A stretch of 64,000 bases of DNA from a virus: IMG/VR virus record IMGVR_UViG_3300020172_001405, positions 1 through 64,000 of that record. One strand, 5' to 3'. The translations under genes were made by a program, and so were the position numbers. The first letter of the stretch is position 1, and each line of letters begins with the position of its first letter. Under the pieces are notes generated by a model that ran no database searches, was not told the origin of the DNA, and saw only the letters and a list, made by a program, of their open reading frames with translations. Positions 51,395-61,312 of the stretch are shown one piece after another.

Positions 51395-54300
51395 CTACTC
51401 TCTAAAAACAACCCTGTCAATATGGAAGGTTTGACCTATAGCAGCTGTGGCGGTAGTGGCGCAAGTTACCCTTAGTACGGCATAAGAAGCTCCAGCAGTG
51501 TCTTCTGCGGCAACATTGGTTGCTATATAGGCCCAACGAGTTGTATCAGTTACTGTGGCTACGGCAGTTTTAGTAATTATTAGGACGTCAAATTCATCAT
51601 AAAATTTTACGCTTAGGGTGTAGACGCCGGCGGAGTTAGAGTTTTCTGGTTTTACGGCAATTGATGCGTAGTAGCCACGTAAACCTAATAAAGGAACCTG
51701 TGCCGTAGTAATACCAAACGTACTTGCGGCAGTTGATGTTACTTTACAGAACGCTGTTCCGTGTGTGCAGTTTCCCTCAAATAAAATGCCGCGAGTTACT
51801 GTTCTTGATAGGTTAGCTGAGACTCCAGACCAAGACCCTAAATTTTTTTCAAATGATGCTGAAGGAATCAAGGAAGTTTCAAGATCTGGGTATGGAATAG
51901 TTGTTTTTCCTGCTTCTATACACCAGCTACTTCCTTGTGGAAGAACTTTTGGCAATGTATAATACAGCCTAGTATATTTTTCGTAGTAGTTAGACCAATA
52001 GTTACTCTTGCCCCCATGTTGACTTTCTTCTCTAGAAAGATACATGTTTTTAGTTATGTCCCCAGTATTTGGACGAGTTACTACTCCAGAACCTGCAGGG
52101 TCTGCAAACTTTGAAGGTACCCTCCCTAGTTCTGCTTGAACTCCATCTATATAAAATACGGCAGCGGAGCCAGATCCTGTAGATAAAGACACAGTTAATG
52201 TGAAGGTAGTTTCCCCAACAGCAGCAATTCTGTTAACGTGTATTCTTGTCCAATAATCTTTATTAGTTTCTTCTACGTCAAATACATTTGCTGCCTGCCC
52301 ATTTGTAGAAATAGAATATGCGCCCGCTTTATTCCTCACATAAGCTGAAATAACTATGTCTTCACCACCAACAGCTGCGTTTGGAAGAGTAACTACTGTA
52401 GATATAGATCCTCCGCCAGCTTTACTTACTTTTCCTTGTTTACTTCCGTATAAAGCTGGAGATATTTCACTTACAGACGTAAAGGTAGTCCCTGCCTCAG
52501 CAGTCCAACCTGTAGTATCTTCTAAAGAAGGATTAGATACAAAATTAACGACATTTTTAATTTCCCAGTGACAATCTGCTGGCACGTAAAAAGTAGAGGT
52601 ATTTGGGTTTGTTGGGGTAGGTGCCCCATTTCCTTGAAAAAATGAATCAACTGAAGGTATTTGCTGCAGCAAAGCCGCATCAAAATAAAACACATCATTA
52701 GCTGTTGCGGCTTCTGTATACACAGATACTTTTGCTAAAGGTGTCCCGGAGTCCTTAGTTTGTACTGGTGCTACTGACGTAACTGACAGTCTTTGGGCGG
52801 TAGAAGTAAGCGTTACCGTTTCAGAATCAACATAATAGGGGGCTATAGGATAATACTGACCATTTACATCACTAAGAATAGTAACTTGATCATAATCTGA
52901 TTGTTGTGAGGAGTACTCAATTCTTGCTTTTACTGCGCGGGTAGCGCCACTAGCATAAATACTAAAAGTATAATTTGCTCCAGGAACAACAGGTACCCAA
53001 TCAGAAACAAAAGCTGCCGTGCCAGTAGAGGTAGCCTTTACTTTTGCAACCGCAGAACCAAAAATTTTTGATGTAGATGGGGGATTAAAGTCTTGGGATA
53101 TTGTAGCGTTTAGCGCTAACCAGTTAGCAGTACTATTATCAAATCCAGGGTTAGGAAGAATATTTTCTTTTTCTCCAGAAATTGTTACTATGACTTTTCT
53201 AGCGTCTTGATATTCAAGACTATACTCAGTTTCAGCAACCTGAAACATATCAAATAAAAGATCGGTGCTGGCAGGAACGCCCTGTAAAAGTATTTCTACG
53301 CCCGCGTATACCGCATTTTCTGGCGGAAGTTCGTTTGAAGGGGTTTTACAAGAAAAATAAGCCCAAGAGTTAGTTATTTCTGTAACCTGTCCTGAAAGAG
53401 TAGTCGCACTAATTCTAACCCCATCTTTATCAAAATAAACAAACTGTCCTAATAAATTTGGGTACGTAGCAGTAGCAGACGTTCTTGCAGCTTTAGACCT
53501 AACCCAACCAGTAAAGGTATATGTTTTTCCTGCTTTAATAGGTATTCCATAAGATTTTGCAGATATGGCGGTGTTCCACCCTACTAAAGCAATTGCTTGT
53601 TTATCAGACGTTCCTGTAGAACCCCTGCTTAATTTCATAAATCCAACAGTTCTTGGCGGATAAATATTGTCATAAAAATTTCCGGTAGGCGGAGTTATCT
53701 CTACCCCTATATCAGCTAAAGATGTGGAGTATTTTTGCTGCGTTAATGTCCACCCAACGTGAAACGTAGAAGAGCTATACCCGGACCCAGTTGATGGCTG
53801 AATAACATTTGTCCAACGACCGATAGACTCTTCAAAGGAAGAGTCGTTGTAATCTAACATTAAATTGTGGCCAGTTCGGATACTAGTATCCCAATGAGTT
53901 AAGGCTGTTGTGTATGTAGATATTCCTTTAGAAGTTCCCTTAGAAGCATTAATTATATTTCCAGCTTTGTAGAGAGATCTATGGTAGGTATCTCCTAAAG
54001 TAGGCTCATATTCAAACCCTAAATCTTGAATTTTATTGCGCAATAGGGCTGTAGATATTTTTTTAAAGTTTGAGCTTTTTTCTAAAATCTGCGCTTCAGC
54101 ACGAAGTCGATCGTAGGCAAAAGAATAAGCAGATAGAGTTTTGTATAGCTCATTAGTTGGCTCTGTTTCTCCAACTGAGTCTCCTTCACCATAAATATTG
54201 TTAAGCCATACTCTAGGTATCCACTTACTGACTTTATTTATAGTGTCTGTACTAATTACAGCTAAAGCTTTTGTGTTTCCACAGTTTATCCACTTAATTC

Positions 54301-54625
54301 CGTTAAATACCCAAAATGAATACGTAATTTCAGAGTTTTGCTCTAAAGTTTGCACGTCTATTTTAGATAGACGATAAGAGCTTATTACATCTTCATCCAC
54401 AGAAATTCCGTCATACGGAGTTAGTGGTGCCCCAGAAAAAGATTTAATTAGTTTCCAGTGCGTTGGGGAAGGGTCCTGGGGATCGGTAATTACAGATCCC
54501 CAAGTTAAGGATATAGCCTGATACTCATACGACCAGGCAGTAAGGCCAACGTTATAAAAAACACGGTTGTTTTCTATTTCGCCGTATTTAGGGGACCCAT
54601 ATTGCGTAAACGAATATTTAGCCAT
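51395..54625 (-). CDS. Baseplate/tail protein: gpI-like N-terminal region plus carbohydrate-binding-like repeats
   Basis: KGTSKGI; repeated N..PSFE/NPGFD...W units ending in FYIDGVQ/FYFDAAL. Confidence 0.75.
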   Translation of the reverse strand: MAKYSFTQYGSPKYGEIENNRVFYNVGLTAWSYEYQAISLTWGSVITDPQDPSPTHWKLIKSFSGAPLTPYDGISVDEDVISSYRLSKIDVQTLEQNSEITYSFWVFNGIKWINCGNTKALAVISTDTINKVSKWIPRVWLNNIYGEGDSVGETEPTNELYKTLSAYSFAYDRLRAEAQILEKSSNFKKISTALLRNKIQDLGFEYEPTLGDTYHRSLYKAGNIINASKGTSKGISTYTTALTHWDTSIRTGHNLMLDYNDSSFEESIGRWTNVIQPSTGSGYSSSTFHVGWTLTQQKYSTSLADIGVEITPPTGNFYDNIYPPRTVGFMKLSRGSTGTSDKQAIALVGWNTAISAKSYGIPIKAGKTYTFTGWVRSKAARTSATATYPNLLGQFVYFDKDGVRISATTLSGQVTEITNSWAYFSCKTPSNELPPENAVYAGVEILLQGVPASTDLLFDMFQVAETEYSLEYQDARKVIVTISGEKENILPNPGFDNSTANWLALNATISQDFNPPSTSKIFGSAVAKVKATSTGTAAFVSDWVPVVPGANYTFSIYASGATRAVKARIEYSSQQSDYDQVTILSDVNGQYYPIAPYYVDSETVTLTSTAQRLSVTSVAPVQTKDSGTPLAKVSVYTEAATANDVFYFDAALLQQIPSVDSFFQGNGAPTPTNPNTSTFYVPADCHWEIKNVVNFVSNPSLEDTTGWTAEAGTTFTSVSEISPALYGSKQGKVSKAGGGSISTVVTLPNAAVGGEDIVISAYVRNKAGAYSISTNGQAANVFDVEETNKDYWTRIHVNRIAAVGETTFTLTVSLSTGSGSAAVFYIDGVQAELGRVPSKFADPAGSGVVTRPNTGDITKNMYLSREESQHGGKSNYWSNYYEKYTRLYYTLPKVLPQGSSWCIEAGKTTIPYPDLETSLIPSASFEKNLGSWSGVSANLSRTVTRGILFEGNCTHGTAFCKVTSTAASTFGITTAQVPLLGLRGYYASIAVKPENSNSAGVYTLSVKFYDEFDVLIITKTAVATVTDTTRWAYIATNVAAEDTAGASYAVLRVTCATTATAAIGQTFHIDRVVFRE

Positions 54626-54633
54626 CTATTAGG

Positions 54634-55173
54634 TTACATCCCAGCTAGTAGAAAAGGGTCAAATCTAACTGCCTGTGCTTGCTCAAGAGCCGATGTAGCT
54701 GTAGTATTTAGGTCTGTGTATTCTGAGCTTCCTACATATAGCACGTTTGCAGTACCAACTTTAGGAATTCCTAAGCTGTTTAAATTAAATCCTAGAGCGT
54801 CGTTAGATGCCCTGCTTTCAAATAAATTAGCAGTTCCCGCAGTAGTTTTTACAACTAAAGCTACAGTTCCAGAAGGAGGTTGAATAGAGTCTCCAACTTT
54901 TTTTACGTAGGGGCTTGATGCACCGGTGCCGCTAACTAACCCCGCCTCAATATTATTTAAACGCTCGTCTATAGAGACCCAAGATGTAGTAGCTGAAGTA
55001 AATGTGCCGCCAAAAGAAGAAGTAAGAATATTAGTGCTTGGATTTCCGGTAAGAGCTATTGACATAGCTCTAATTTCATTTTGAAGCGAATTTACGTGGT
55101 CCGCAAGGACAGTGTCAACTAAGTCAACCTTGTTTGTAAAAGGCCTAATATTTACTGGAAAAAATTGAGACAC
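54634..55173 (-). CDS. Tail fibre/baseplate-associated protein
   Basis: VLADHVNSLQNEI, C-terminal PFLLAGM; context. Confidence 0.6.
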   Translation of the reverse strand: MSQFFPVNIRPFTNKVDLVDTVLADHVNSLQNEIRAMSIALTGNPSTNILTSSFGGTFTSATTSWVSIDERLNNIEAGLVSGTGASSPYVKKVGDSIQPPSGTVALVVKTTAGTANLFESRASNDALGFNLNSLGIPKVGTANVLYVGSSEYTDLNTTATSALEQAQAVRFDPFLLAGM

Positions 55174-55191
55174 TATTTTACCTACCTATCC

Positions 55192-56757
55192 TTAGAGCAA
55201 TCCGCCGTCTGGCGTAATTATTAATGCTACTGGCAACAAATAAGGGATCTGATTTGCTGCAAGGGTTATTGTAGCTACACCAGACCCATTATCTGTGTTT
55301 AACTTAGTTAAAGTTATTGATTCTACGCCCGCAATTCCAGCTGCTTTTGATATAACAGAGGATAGGGCGATAGTTCTTCCAAAGGTATTACTTTCGTAAG
55401 AAAATAGGCCGCCGGCGTTTAAAAAAGCCTTGGCAATATCTAGTTTTACAGTGTTTCGTTTAAAAGCAGCCCCAACAACTACGTTCATAGATACGTATAT
55501 GGGCACATATGTAGGTTGAACAATAGTTAATGTTGTTCCTACAGGAATTTTATCGGCTAAGTACTTTTTAACATTGCTTTCAAGAGTAGTCCAAGTAGAG
55601 GTTGGTGATCCTCCCGCAATTCCGGGAGTATTAGTTCCATCATTTTGAGTCTGTATGTACAAAGTTACTGAACTGTAAATAGACGATATTGCTTTAGCTC
55701 TACCAATTTGTGGGGTTTGATTTGCTAAAAATTCGTAGTCTTCTAGGGTCACTGCACGTCTGCGGGCAGAAATTGCTGATTTAATCTTTGTGCGTAGTTG
55801 ATCTGAAGTATCAGCATCTGCTCCGCCAATAGCTGAAGCATCATTTGTTACAGACAGATAAGAGACTGCTTCGGGGTCTATATTTCCGGGAATAAAAGTA
55901 ACTTCAGTGATAGCACTAGATACCACATTTCCTGCGGCACCAAGGCTTGTTTTATACGAGGCACTTATAAGTTGTCCTGTAGGAGGAACTGCACCATTAA
56001 CCCCATCTCCAAATATAACTGTTAAACTTCCATCTGCATTTTGAGAAGTTGTAAATACTAGGGCTGTTGGGCCATACTCAGAAAGAGTGTCAACATAAGA
56101 CCACGCAGAAAATGCAGCTCCTTGCCCTACATACACAATAAGTGAGCTATCTACAAGGCCAAAGTCAGGAATTACTATTTCTTGGCTTGACTCGCCTGTA
56201 GATGACCCAAGACTTGCTGGTAATGGCTTGTTATTAACTGGGTTAATTAAGTCGGGACGATCAGTATTTACTGTCTTACCTTCTTTTGCGGTAAGAGTAA
56301 TTGTTGCTGCGGCCGCTAGCTGTGTAGCAGACTGAGTAGTTTCAAAGTAAACTTCTGTATACGGCCCATATGTTAATGGGGCCATTATTTGAGTTCCAAT
56401 AGGAATGTCTATTGGGGCAGCGCTAGTATTTGTAAAAAGCACGTTTACTGTAGCTGGAGTAGGTCCAGAAGGTTTGTATCCGTACAAAGCTGCAAAATTT
56501 AAAAGAGTTTCCCGTTTTACGGCAGTTTCTACTGATGACTCATTAGCTACTCGGTCTAGATAGTAAGACATTACGTCTCCCATATAGGCAAAGGCTTCTA
56601 CAAGAACGGAGCCTAAATCGGAAGGGTCTGCGGTATCCCAAGCTTTACCTGTTCTTGAACTAATTAAGTTTATAAGATCAGTCTTAAGGGCCGCAAAATC
56701 TCTAGAAGTGTAGTCAATCTGGGCCATATTATTTAAATTTGAACTGTCGTATGCCAT
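55192..56757 (-). CDS. Baseplate wedge protein (gpJ/gp6-like)
   Basis: IDYTSRDF, YYLDRVANE, FGDGVNGAVP, GGAD, RAVTLEDYE. Confidence 0.92.
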   Translation of the reverse strand: MAYDSSNLNNMAQIDYTSRDFAALKTDLINLISSRTGKAWDTADPSDLGSVLVEAFAYMGDVMSYYLDRVANESSVETAVKRETLLNFAALYGYKPSGPTPATVNVLFTNTSAAPIDIPIGTQIMAPLTYGPYTEVYFETTQSATQLAAAATITLTAKEGKTVNTDRPDLINPVNNKPLPASLGSSTGESSQEIVIPDFGLVDSSLIVYVGQGAAFSAWSYVDTLSEYGPTALVFTTSQNADGSLTVIFGDGVNGAVPPTGQLISASYKTSLGAAGNVVSSAITEVTFIPGNIDPEAVSYLSVTNDASAIGGADADTSDQLRTKIKSAISARRRAVTLEDYEFLANQTPQIGRAKAISSIYSSVTLYIQTQNDGTNTPGIAGGSPTSTWTTLESNVKKYLADKIPVGTTLTIVQPTYVPIYVSMNVVVGAAFKRNTVKLDIAKAFLNAGGLFSYESNTFGRTIALSSVISKAAGIAGVESITLTKLNTDNGSGVATITLAANQIPYLLPVALIITPDGGLL

Positions 56758-56758
56758 A

Positions 56759-57154
56759 TTACCTAACCGCCGTTACTGTTCCATCAGAACTGAATAGTGC
56801 ACTACTTACATCTAAGGTCTTTATTGTACTGTCTGGAAGCATTACAGTAATAGTTACCTGAGCTTGCCCGCCATATTCTGGAAGTAGAGTTGAGATGCTC
56901 TGTATCTTAATCTCTGGCAACCAGACTCTTACCGCGGTGCTTACCGCCTGCTTTATAGAGGTGTCTAAAACATTTTCGTTTTCAAATAATGCTTGCATAA
57001 GGTCTGTGCCATAGGATGTAAGCATTGGTCGTTGTCCTACATTTGTCGATAGTAGAGTTAATAGGCGATCTAACCAAATTTTACTAGCCCGTTCTGTAAT
57101 TTCTACAGCCCCATCTGGGGATAAAGTATAGGGGTAGTTTATAGCGCGGCTCAT
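56759..57154 (-). CDS. Baseplate wedge gp25/gpW-like protein
   Basis: LLSTNVGQRPMLTSYGT..LFE...WLPEI. Confidence 0.88.
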   Translation of the reverse strand: MSRAINYPYTLSPDGAVEITERASKIWLDRLLTLLSTNVGQRPMLTSYGTDLMQALFENENVLDTSIKQAVSTAVRVWLPEIKIQSISTLLPEYGGQAQVTITVMLPDSTIKTLDVSSALFSSDGTVTAVR

Positions 57155-57774
57155 TGCACTCCTATCCATACTGGGTACTCAGGGTCTCCCGCAACAAACA
57201 TAACCCATACTAGTTGTCCAACTTTAGGGATAAGTCGATGCGGGGTGTGTTCCGCCACTCTAACTGGGGCTGAAGATCTATTAGTGCCAAAACCAGCCTC
57301 TATAGGGTCTATATCTAATCCCTTAGGCGTTAAGTCTTGTTCTTGAGCATCATTCCATCGTTGAGTAGTATTTTCTATTGTATCGTGCTTATGGGTCAAT
57401 TGATGGGTTGTATCAGGAGTTTTTCCAGCATGATTGTTTGTATGGGAAAAAGTAACGGTCACGCTGTGAGCATGGGCCGGGTCTCCTTCAGTAGAGGTAG
57501 TAAATGTAGCGCTATGGTTTCCGTGGCCTAACAACAGAGCCGCCACTTCAGAAGCTAAATGAGGAAGGTGGTCGGGGTGATTTGCCATATTTGTTATAGG
57601 CTGGCAAGACCGAGCCCAGCCAGAAATTTCTTGACCAGTAGACTGCTGTACCTTTACTTTAATTCTATTCTTTCTTAAAGGATCTTCTATATCTACTACT
57701 TTAGCCTCATATATACCAAAAAACCTAAATCGACCTGTAGGATCCATTCCATAGTCTTGATCATTTATAATCAT
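57151..57774 (-). CDS. Baseplate spike (gp5/VgrG OB-fold) with His-rich insertion
   Basis: GIYEAKVVDIEDPLRKNRIKVKV...WA...PKVGQLVWVMFVAGDPEYPVWIG. Confidence 0.85.
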   Translation of the reverse strand: MIINDQDYGMDPTGRFRFFGIYEAKVVDIEDPLRKNRIKVKVQQSTGQEISGWARSCQPITNMANHPDHLPHLASEVAALLLGHGNHSATFTTSTEGDPAHAHSVTVTFSHTNNHAGKTPDTTHQLTHKHDTIENTTQRWNDAQEQDLTPKGLDIDPIEAGFGTNRSSAPVRVAEHTPHRLIPKVGQLVWVMFVAGDPEYPVWIGVQ

Positions 57775-58373
57775 TAACTAACCCTCTCATTCGCAGCCCA
57801 AGTAACTGGGCGTTTAATAATAGAAAAATCTGGAACAACATCTTGACCCAGATCATTATAGGGCTTAACGACTACAGAGCTTGGAGGCGTGACTCCGTAG
57901 TTAGGCTCTAAAGTAGAGTTATTTATTGAAAAAGAATAGTCTTGGAGCGTAGATAAAGCCGGTGTTATAGCTTGTCCCGAAAGTTCTCCAGATATGTCTC
58001 TTTTTGAGAAGGCTTTATAAGCGTCTGGATTAGTTTGACCTAAAATATCTGTGCCAACCTCCAGTTTCATCATATATCTTGCTGGGATTCCACCAAATAT
58101 GTGTTTAACTGAAAGAACTGTCCAATACCCATCCATCCCGTCTGGCAATCCGTCTAAGTAAATAGGCTCATACGGTTTAACTAGGCAGTCTCCAATTAAA
58201 TTTACTTTTGCCCTATAAGCATATCTTTGAGCGTCAGCAAAGTCATTAGCAATATATTTACTTTCAGTAAGAGTAGTGGCTACCTCAAAAACATTATGCT
58301 TAGTAAAAGCTGCTTTAGAAGATCCGCTATTACTTTTGTTTACCTTAGAAAATCTAGAGTTTTTAGAAGTCAT
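57774..58373 (-). CDS. Baseplate hub, C-terminal half
   Basis: LIGDCLVKPYEPIYLDGL...DGYWTVLSVKHIF, typical gpD/VgrG C-terminal region. Confidence 0.7.
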   Translation of the reverse strand: MTSKNSRFSKVNKSNSGSSKAAFTKHNVFEVATTLTESKYIANDFADAQRYAYRAKVNLIGDCLVKPYEPIYLDGLPDGMDGYWTVLSVKHIFGGIPARYMMKLEVGTDILGQTNPDAYKAFSKRDISGELSGQAITPALSTLQDYSFSINNSTLEPNYGVTPPSSVVVKPYNDLGQDVVPDFSIIKRPVTWAANERVS

Positions 58374-59236
58374 TGAAGGGCCTCCCAAGCTTTAAAGTCT
58401 GCAGAAGTTTCTTCTACTACAACAATTCCTTTATCTTCAAATTGAAAGTCTTTAAGCGCATGCTTTGTTTCAATAATTGTGCCTGTTTTTTCATTATACC
58501 CAGTTATAATTCTGTCTACTCTTGAACCCAGTTCTGGAGACTCATCTGAAACTATTGGATCAAAAGAAATAATGCTACCCATTGCTCTTTCAAGACGAGT
58601 AACAGACCCGCCAAGCTCTTTGTCTACATAGTTAAAGTAAGGTGCTTGATCTTTTTTATTAGCATAAATTTTATTTTTAGAAACAAATATAATTGTTGTG
58701 CCCTCAACTCTTAGCGCAAATCCAGTCTGCTTAGCTAAGCGGCGTAATAGTTGCCAGTCACTTTGTCCAGCTTGAACTATAGTTTTTCTTACTCGAGGGT
58801 GCCTTTGAGTAACAGCTTTCATACCATATTTAGAGGCAACTTTTTTAACAACCTGGTCTGCGGTAACATTTTTATAGATTTTTTGGTCTGTATTTTTTAA
58901 TAGGTATGACGCAGATACGCATAAAATATTTGTATTTTGAGCGTCTGATTCATTTATAGGCTCAACAGAGTACACATACCCATAAAAGTTTTGTTTTATA
59001 TTATTTGTACTATAAGTAAATTGAATTGGGTCACCTGAAGACACAACTGTGCCGTCAGAATAAGGCTTACCTTTAAAGTGCAGCATAAGACGATCATGTT
59101 GATCCCTGTCTTGATACAGCTCTGCGCCTATTAGTATAAGTTTAAACTCGGGAGCTTTAGGAAAAGAAACCTTATACGAATTGTACTCAGCGCTAGATTC
59201 CCAAGGGAAAAATTTTCCAGGACCATTACTTAGCAT
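58370..59236 (-). CDS. Baseplate hub (gpD/gp27-like), N-terminal half
   Basis: FYGYV, VVKKVASKYG, QAGQSDWQLLRRLAKQTG. Confidence 0.82.
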   Translation of the reverse strand: MLSNGPGKFFPWESSAEYNSYKVSFPKAPEFKLILIGAELYQDRDQHDRLMLHFKGKPYSDGTVVSSGDPIQFTYSTNNIKQNFYGYVYSVEPINESDAQNTNILCVSASYLLKNTDQKIYKNVTADQVVKKVASKYGMKAVTQRHPRVRKTIVQAGQSDWQLLRRLAKQTGFALRVEGTTIIFVSKNKIYANKKDQAPYFNYVDKELGGSVTRLERAMGSIISFDPIVSDESPELGSRVDRIITGYNEKTGTIIETKHALKDFQFEDKGIVVVEETSADFKAWEALQ

Positions 59237-59507
59237 ACGGCATCCTTATTGTTGTGCCGGGTTCTATAGAAAAAGGGTCAGAAATTAATTGGTTAATTTC
59301 TAAAATTTGCCACCAATATTTAGAGTGGCCTATAAAATTTTTAGCAAGCTCCCCTAAAGAGTCCCCATCTTTCCACACGTAATCAATATATTTATAGATA
59401 ACGTCATCTGGAAAGTATCTAAACACAGCAATAGTGTACTCGTTTGTGTATTTGTGCTTAACTTGGGCAAGAGGCCCATCATAATACCTAGATACTCTAT
59501 CAATCAT
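59226..59507 (-). CDS. LysM/tail-X-like baseplate protein
   Basis: GDSLGELA...WWQILEIN...PGTTIRMP. Confidence 0.82.
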   Translation of the reverse strand: MIDRVSRYYDGPLAQVKHKYTNEYTIAVFRYFPDDVIYKYIDYVWKDGDSLGELAKNFIGHSKYWWQILEINQLISDPFSIEPGTTIRMPYAK

Positions 59508-61312
59508 GGTGTTGTCGTTCCTGTACTTGCAGTTTTACTTGCATTTGGGTCAACTTCAGGTATTGTAGAGTCTTCTTTGTTTTTCTTCTTTAAGTAATCG
59601 TCAACAGTTGATCCTGATGGATACCTTAAGAAGCTAATGCTGACTATTGAAAGCATTGGAACCATTTTGTCAGTAAAAACTACGTGGTCTACGCTTATGT
59701 TTTGTAGGGATCCATAATACCGCATATTGTCGTGAAGCACGAACCATAGGGGTACTCCAGTTATGTATCCCTTATCCGCAGACTCTCCATCATAGGTTAA
59801 TAGCGAGTTGCCTTTCATATCTCTATTTCCGTTAACAGCTCTATATAGAAATTCAAGGTCGTACTCAGTACCTCGCAATAAAATTCCCTCAACTTCTTCT
59901 TTAGATAGCTGTCTAGGGTAGTTTTTTGAATGTAGTGTTGGCGCTGCTTTTAGTGGCATTAACTCAGTCATATCGGCAATTCTATTTAAGTAAAGAGTAA
60001 AATTAACGGCAATATTTCCAGCAATGAGGTTTGCGGGATCTTGAGTAGATAAGGTCCAGTCAATAGACGTATTCATAGGAATGCTATAATTCATACTTTG
60101 GGGGTTGTACATAAATTTAAATCCAAAAATAGGTACTTTACCCTTTGTTTGAGTAGCTACGTTTAAAGATTCTGCAGCTCCTTGGCTTTGAAAAATACGG
60201 CCAAGGTTATTTCTACTATCTACAAATTGACTAAATACCGAGTTTGCCTTAAAGGTATCAATAACAATGCTTTTATTTTCACGCATGGCGGTTTCGTAGT
60301 CAGCAACACGTACTCCGTGAGATATGCCCCTAGACACATAATGTGCAGGTGGGTTGTACGTAATACTGTCCGTGCTAGGTATAGTTAATCCACCCTCTGG
60401 TGGTTCAGGGGTCGGGGCTACTGGCTCCTCACAGTTTGCAGAATTAGCTTTAAGGAGCAATTGTTTAGCGTATTTCTCGCTAGGTTGTTTTACAGGTGAG
60501 CCAACTAATATTCCGGCCGTGTCAAATCTGTATAAAATCCAACTAGTAGCTATCGCCGCTGGGAAACGAATGTCTGGCTGCGTAAATAGTATTTTTAAAG
60601 CTAACCATTGTTTTTTACACGCATCGTAAACTATGTTATATTGATAATCTGGCACATTAGGTTTTTCAGAGTAGTCATACCACGAAGTTCTAGTTCCTGC
60701 TAGAGGTGGGCTTGGGACTGCCCATGTAGTTCCAGGAAACATAGCATCAATAATTAATTTAAAAGGTCTAGTTGGCGTTGTTGCTGCAGCAGTAAAGTTA
60801 ACAGCTGGTACCTTTCCTTTACGGTCATAATTAACGGCATCAAAGGGCAGCGGCGTAGATGACCCAACTTTAACACTTATTATTGGCCTAGCAGTAGTCT
60901 GTACGTCAGAAGTAACATTAAACCAAAATACTGTGCCAGAACCTCCACCTACGTTTGATTCTGGCTCTTGTTTTATTCCAGTTATTGTTCCCTTAAAAGT
61001 TGTGTTAGCAGTTACAGTTACGTTAACGCCACCCTCTTCGTTATCGCCAAGGAAATTAATAGCCAATTGGTTGCTTTGTTGGGGGGTTCTTTTATAGACT
61101 CTAATTCTATATTGAACAGTATTTCGTGTGTTTACCTGTTTTCCATCAGAAGGTATTAAAACCCACTCATTACTATAATAAAAGTCAACTGTTTCTCGGC
61201 CACCACGCGCCGATGAACTTGAGCCTGCTGCAGAAACAGAGTAAGTTATAGGACTTATATCTGAGTACTCATACGCTTGAACTGTGTAATAAAAGTCAGC
61301 TGCTGAAGTCAT
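59504..61312 (-). CDS. Tail tube initiator-like protein with N-terminal extension
   Basis: GFKFMYNPQSM; between tape measure and LysM genes. Confidence 0.6.
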   Translation of the reverse strand: MTSAADFYYTVQAYEYSDISPITYSVSAAGSSSSARGGRETVDFYYSNEWVLIPSDGKQVNTRNTVQYRIRVYKRTPQQSNQLAINFLGDNEEGGVNVTVTANTTFKGTITGIKQEPESNVGGGSGTVFWFNVTSDVQTTARPIISVKVGSSTPLPFDAVNYDRKGKVPAVNFTAAATTPTRPFKLIIDAMFPGTTWAVPSPPLAGTRTSWYDYSEKPNVPDYQYNIVYDACKKQWLALKILFTQPDIRFPAAIATSWILYRFDTAGILVGSPVKQPSEKYAKQLLLKANSANCEEPVAPTPEPPEGGLTIPSTDSITYNPPAHYVSRGISHGVRVADYETAMRENKSIVIDTFKANSVFSQFVDSRNNLGRIFQSQGAAESLNVATQTKGKVPIFGFKFMYNPQSMNYSIPMNTSIDWTLSTQDPANLIAGNIAVNFTLYLNRIADMTELMPLKAAPTLHSKNYPRQLSKEEVEGILLRGTEYDLEFLYRAVNGNRDMKGNSLLTYDGESADKGYITGVPLWFVLHDNMRYYGSLQNISVDHVVFTDKMVPMLSIVSISFLRYPSGSTVDDYLKKKNKEDSTIPEVDPNASKTASTGTTTP

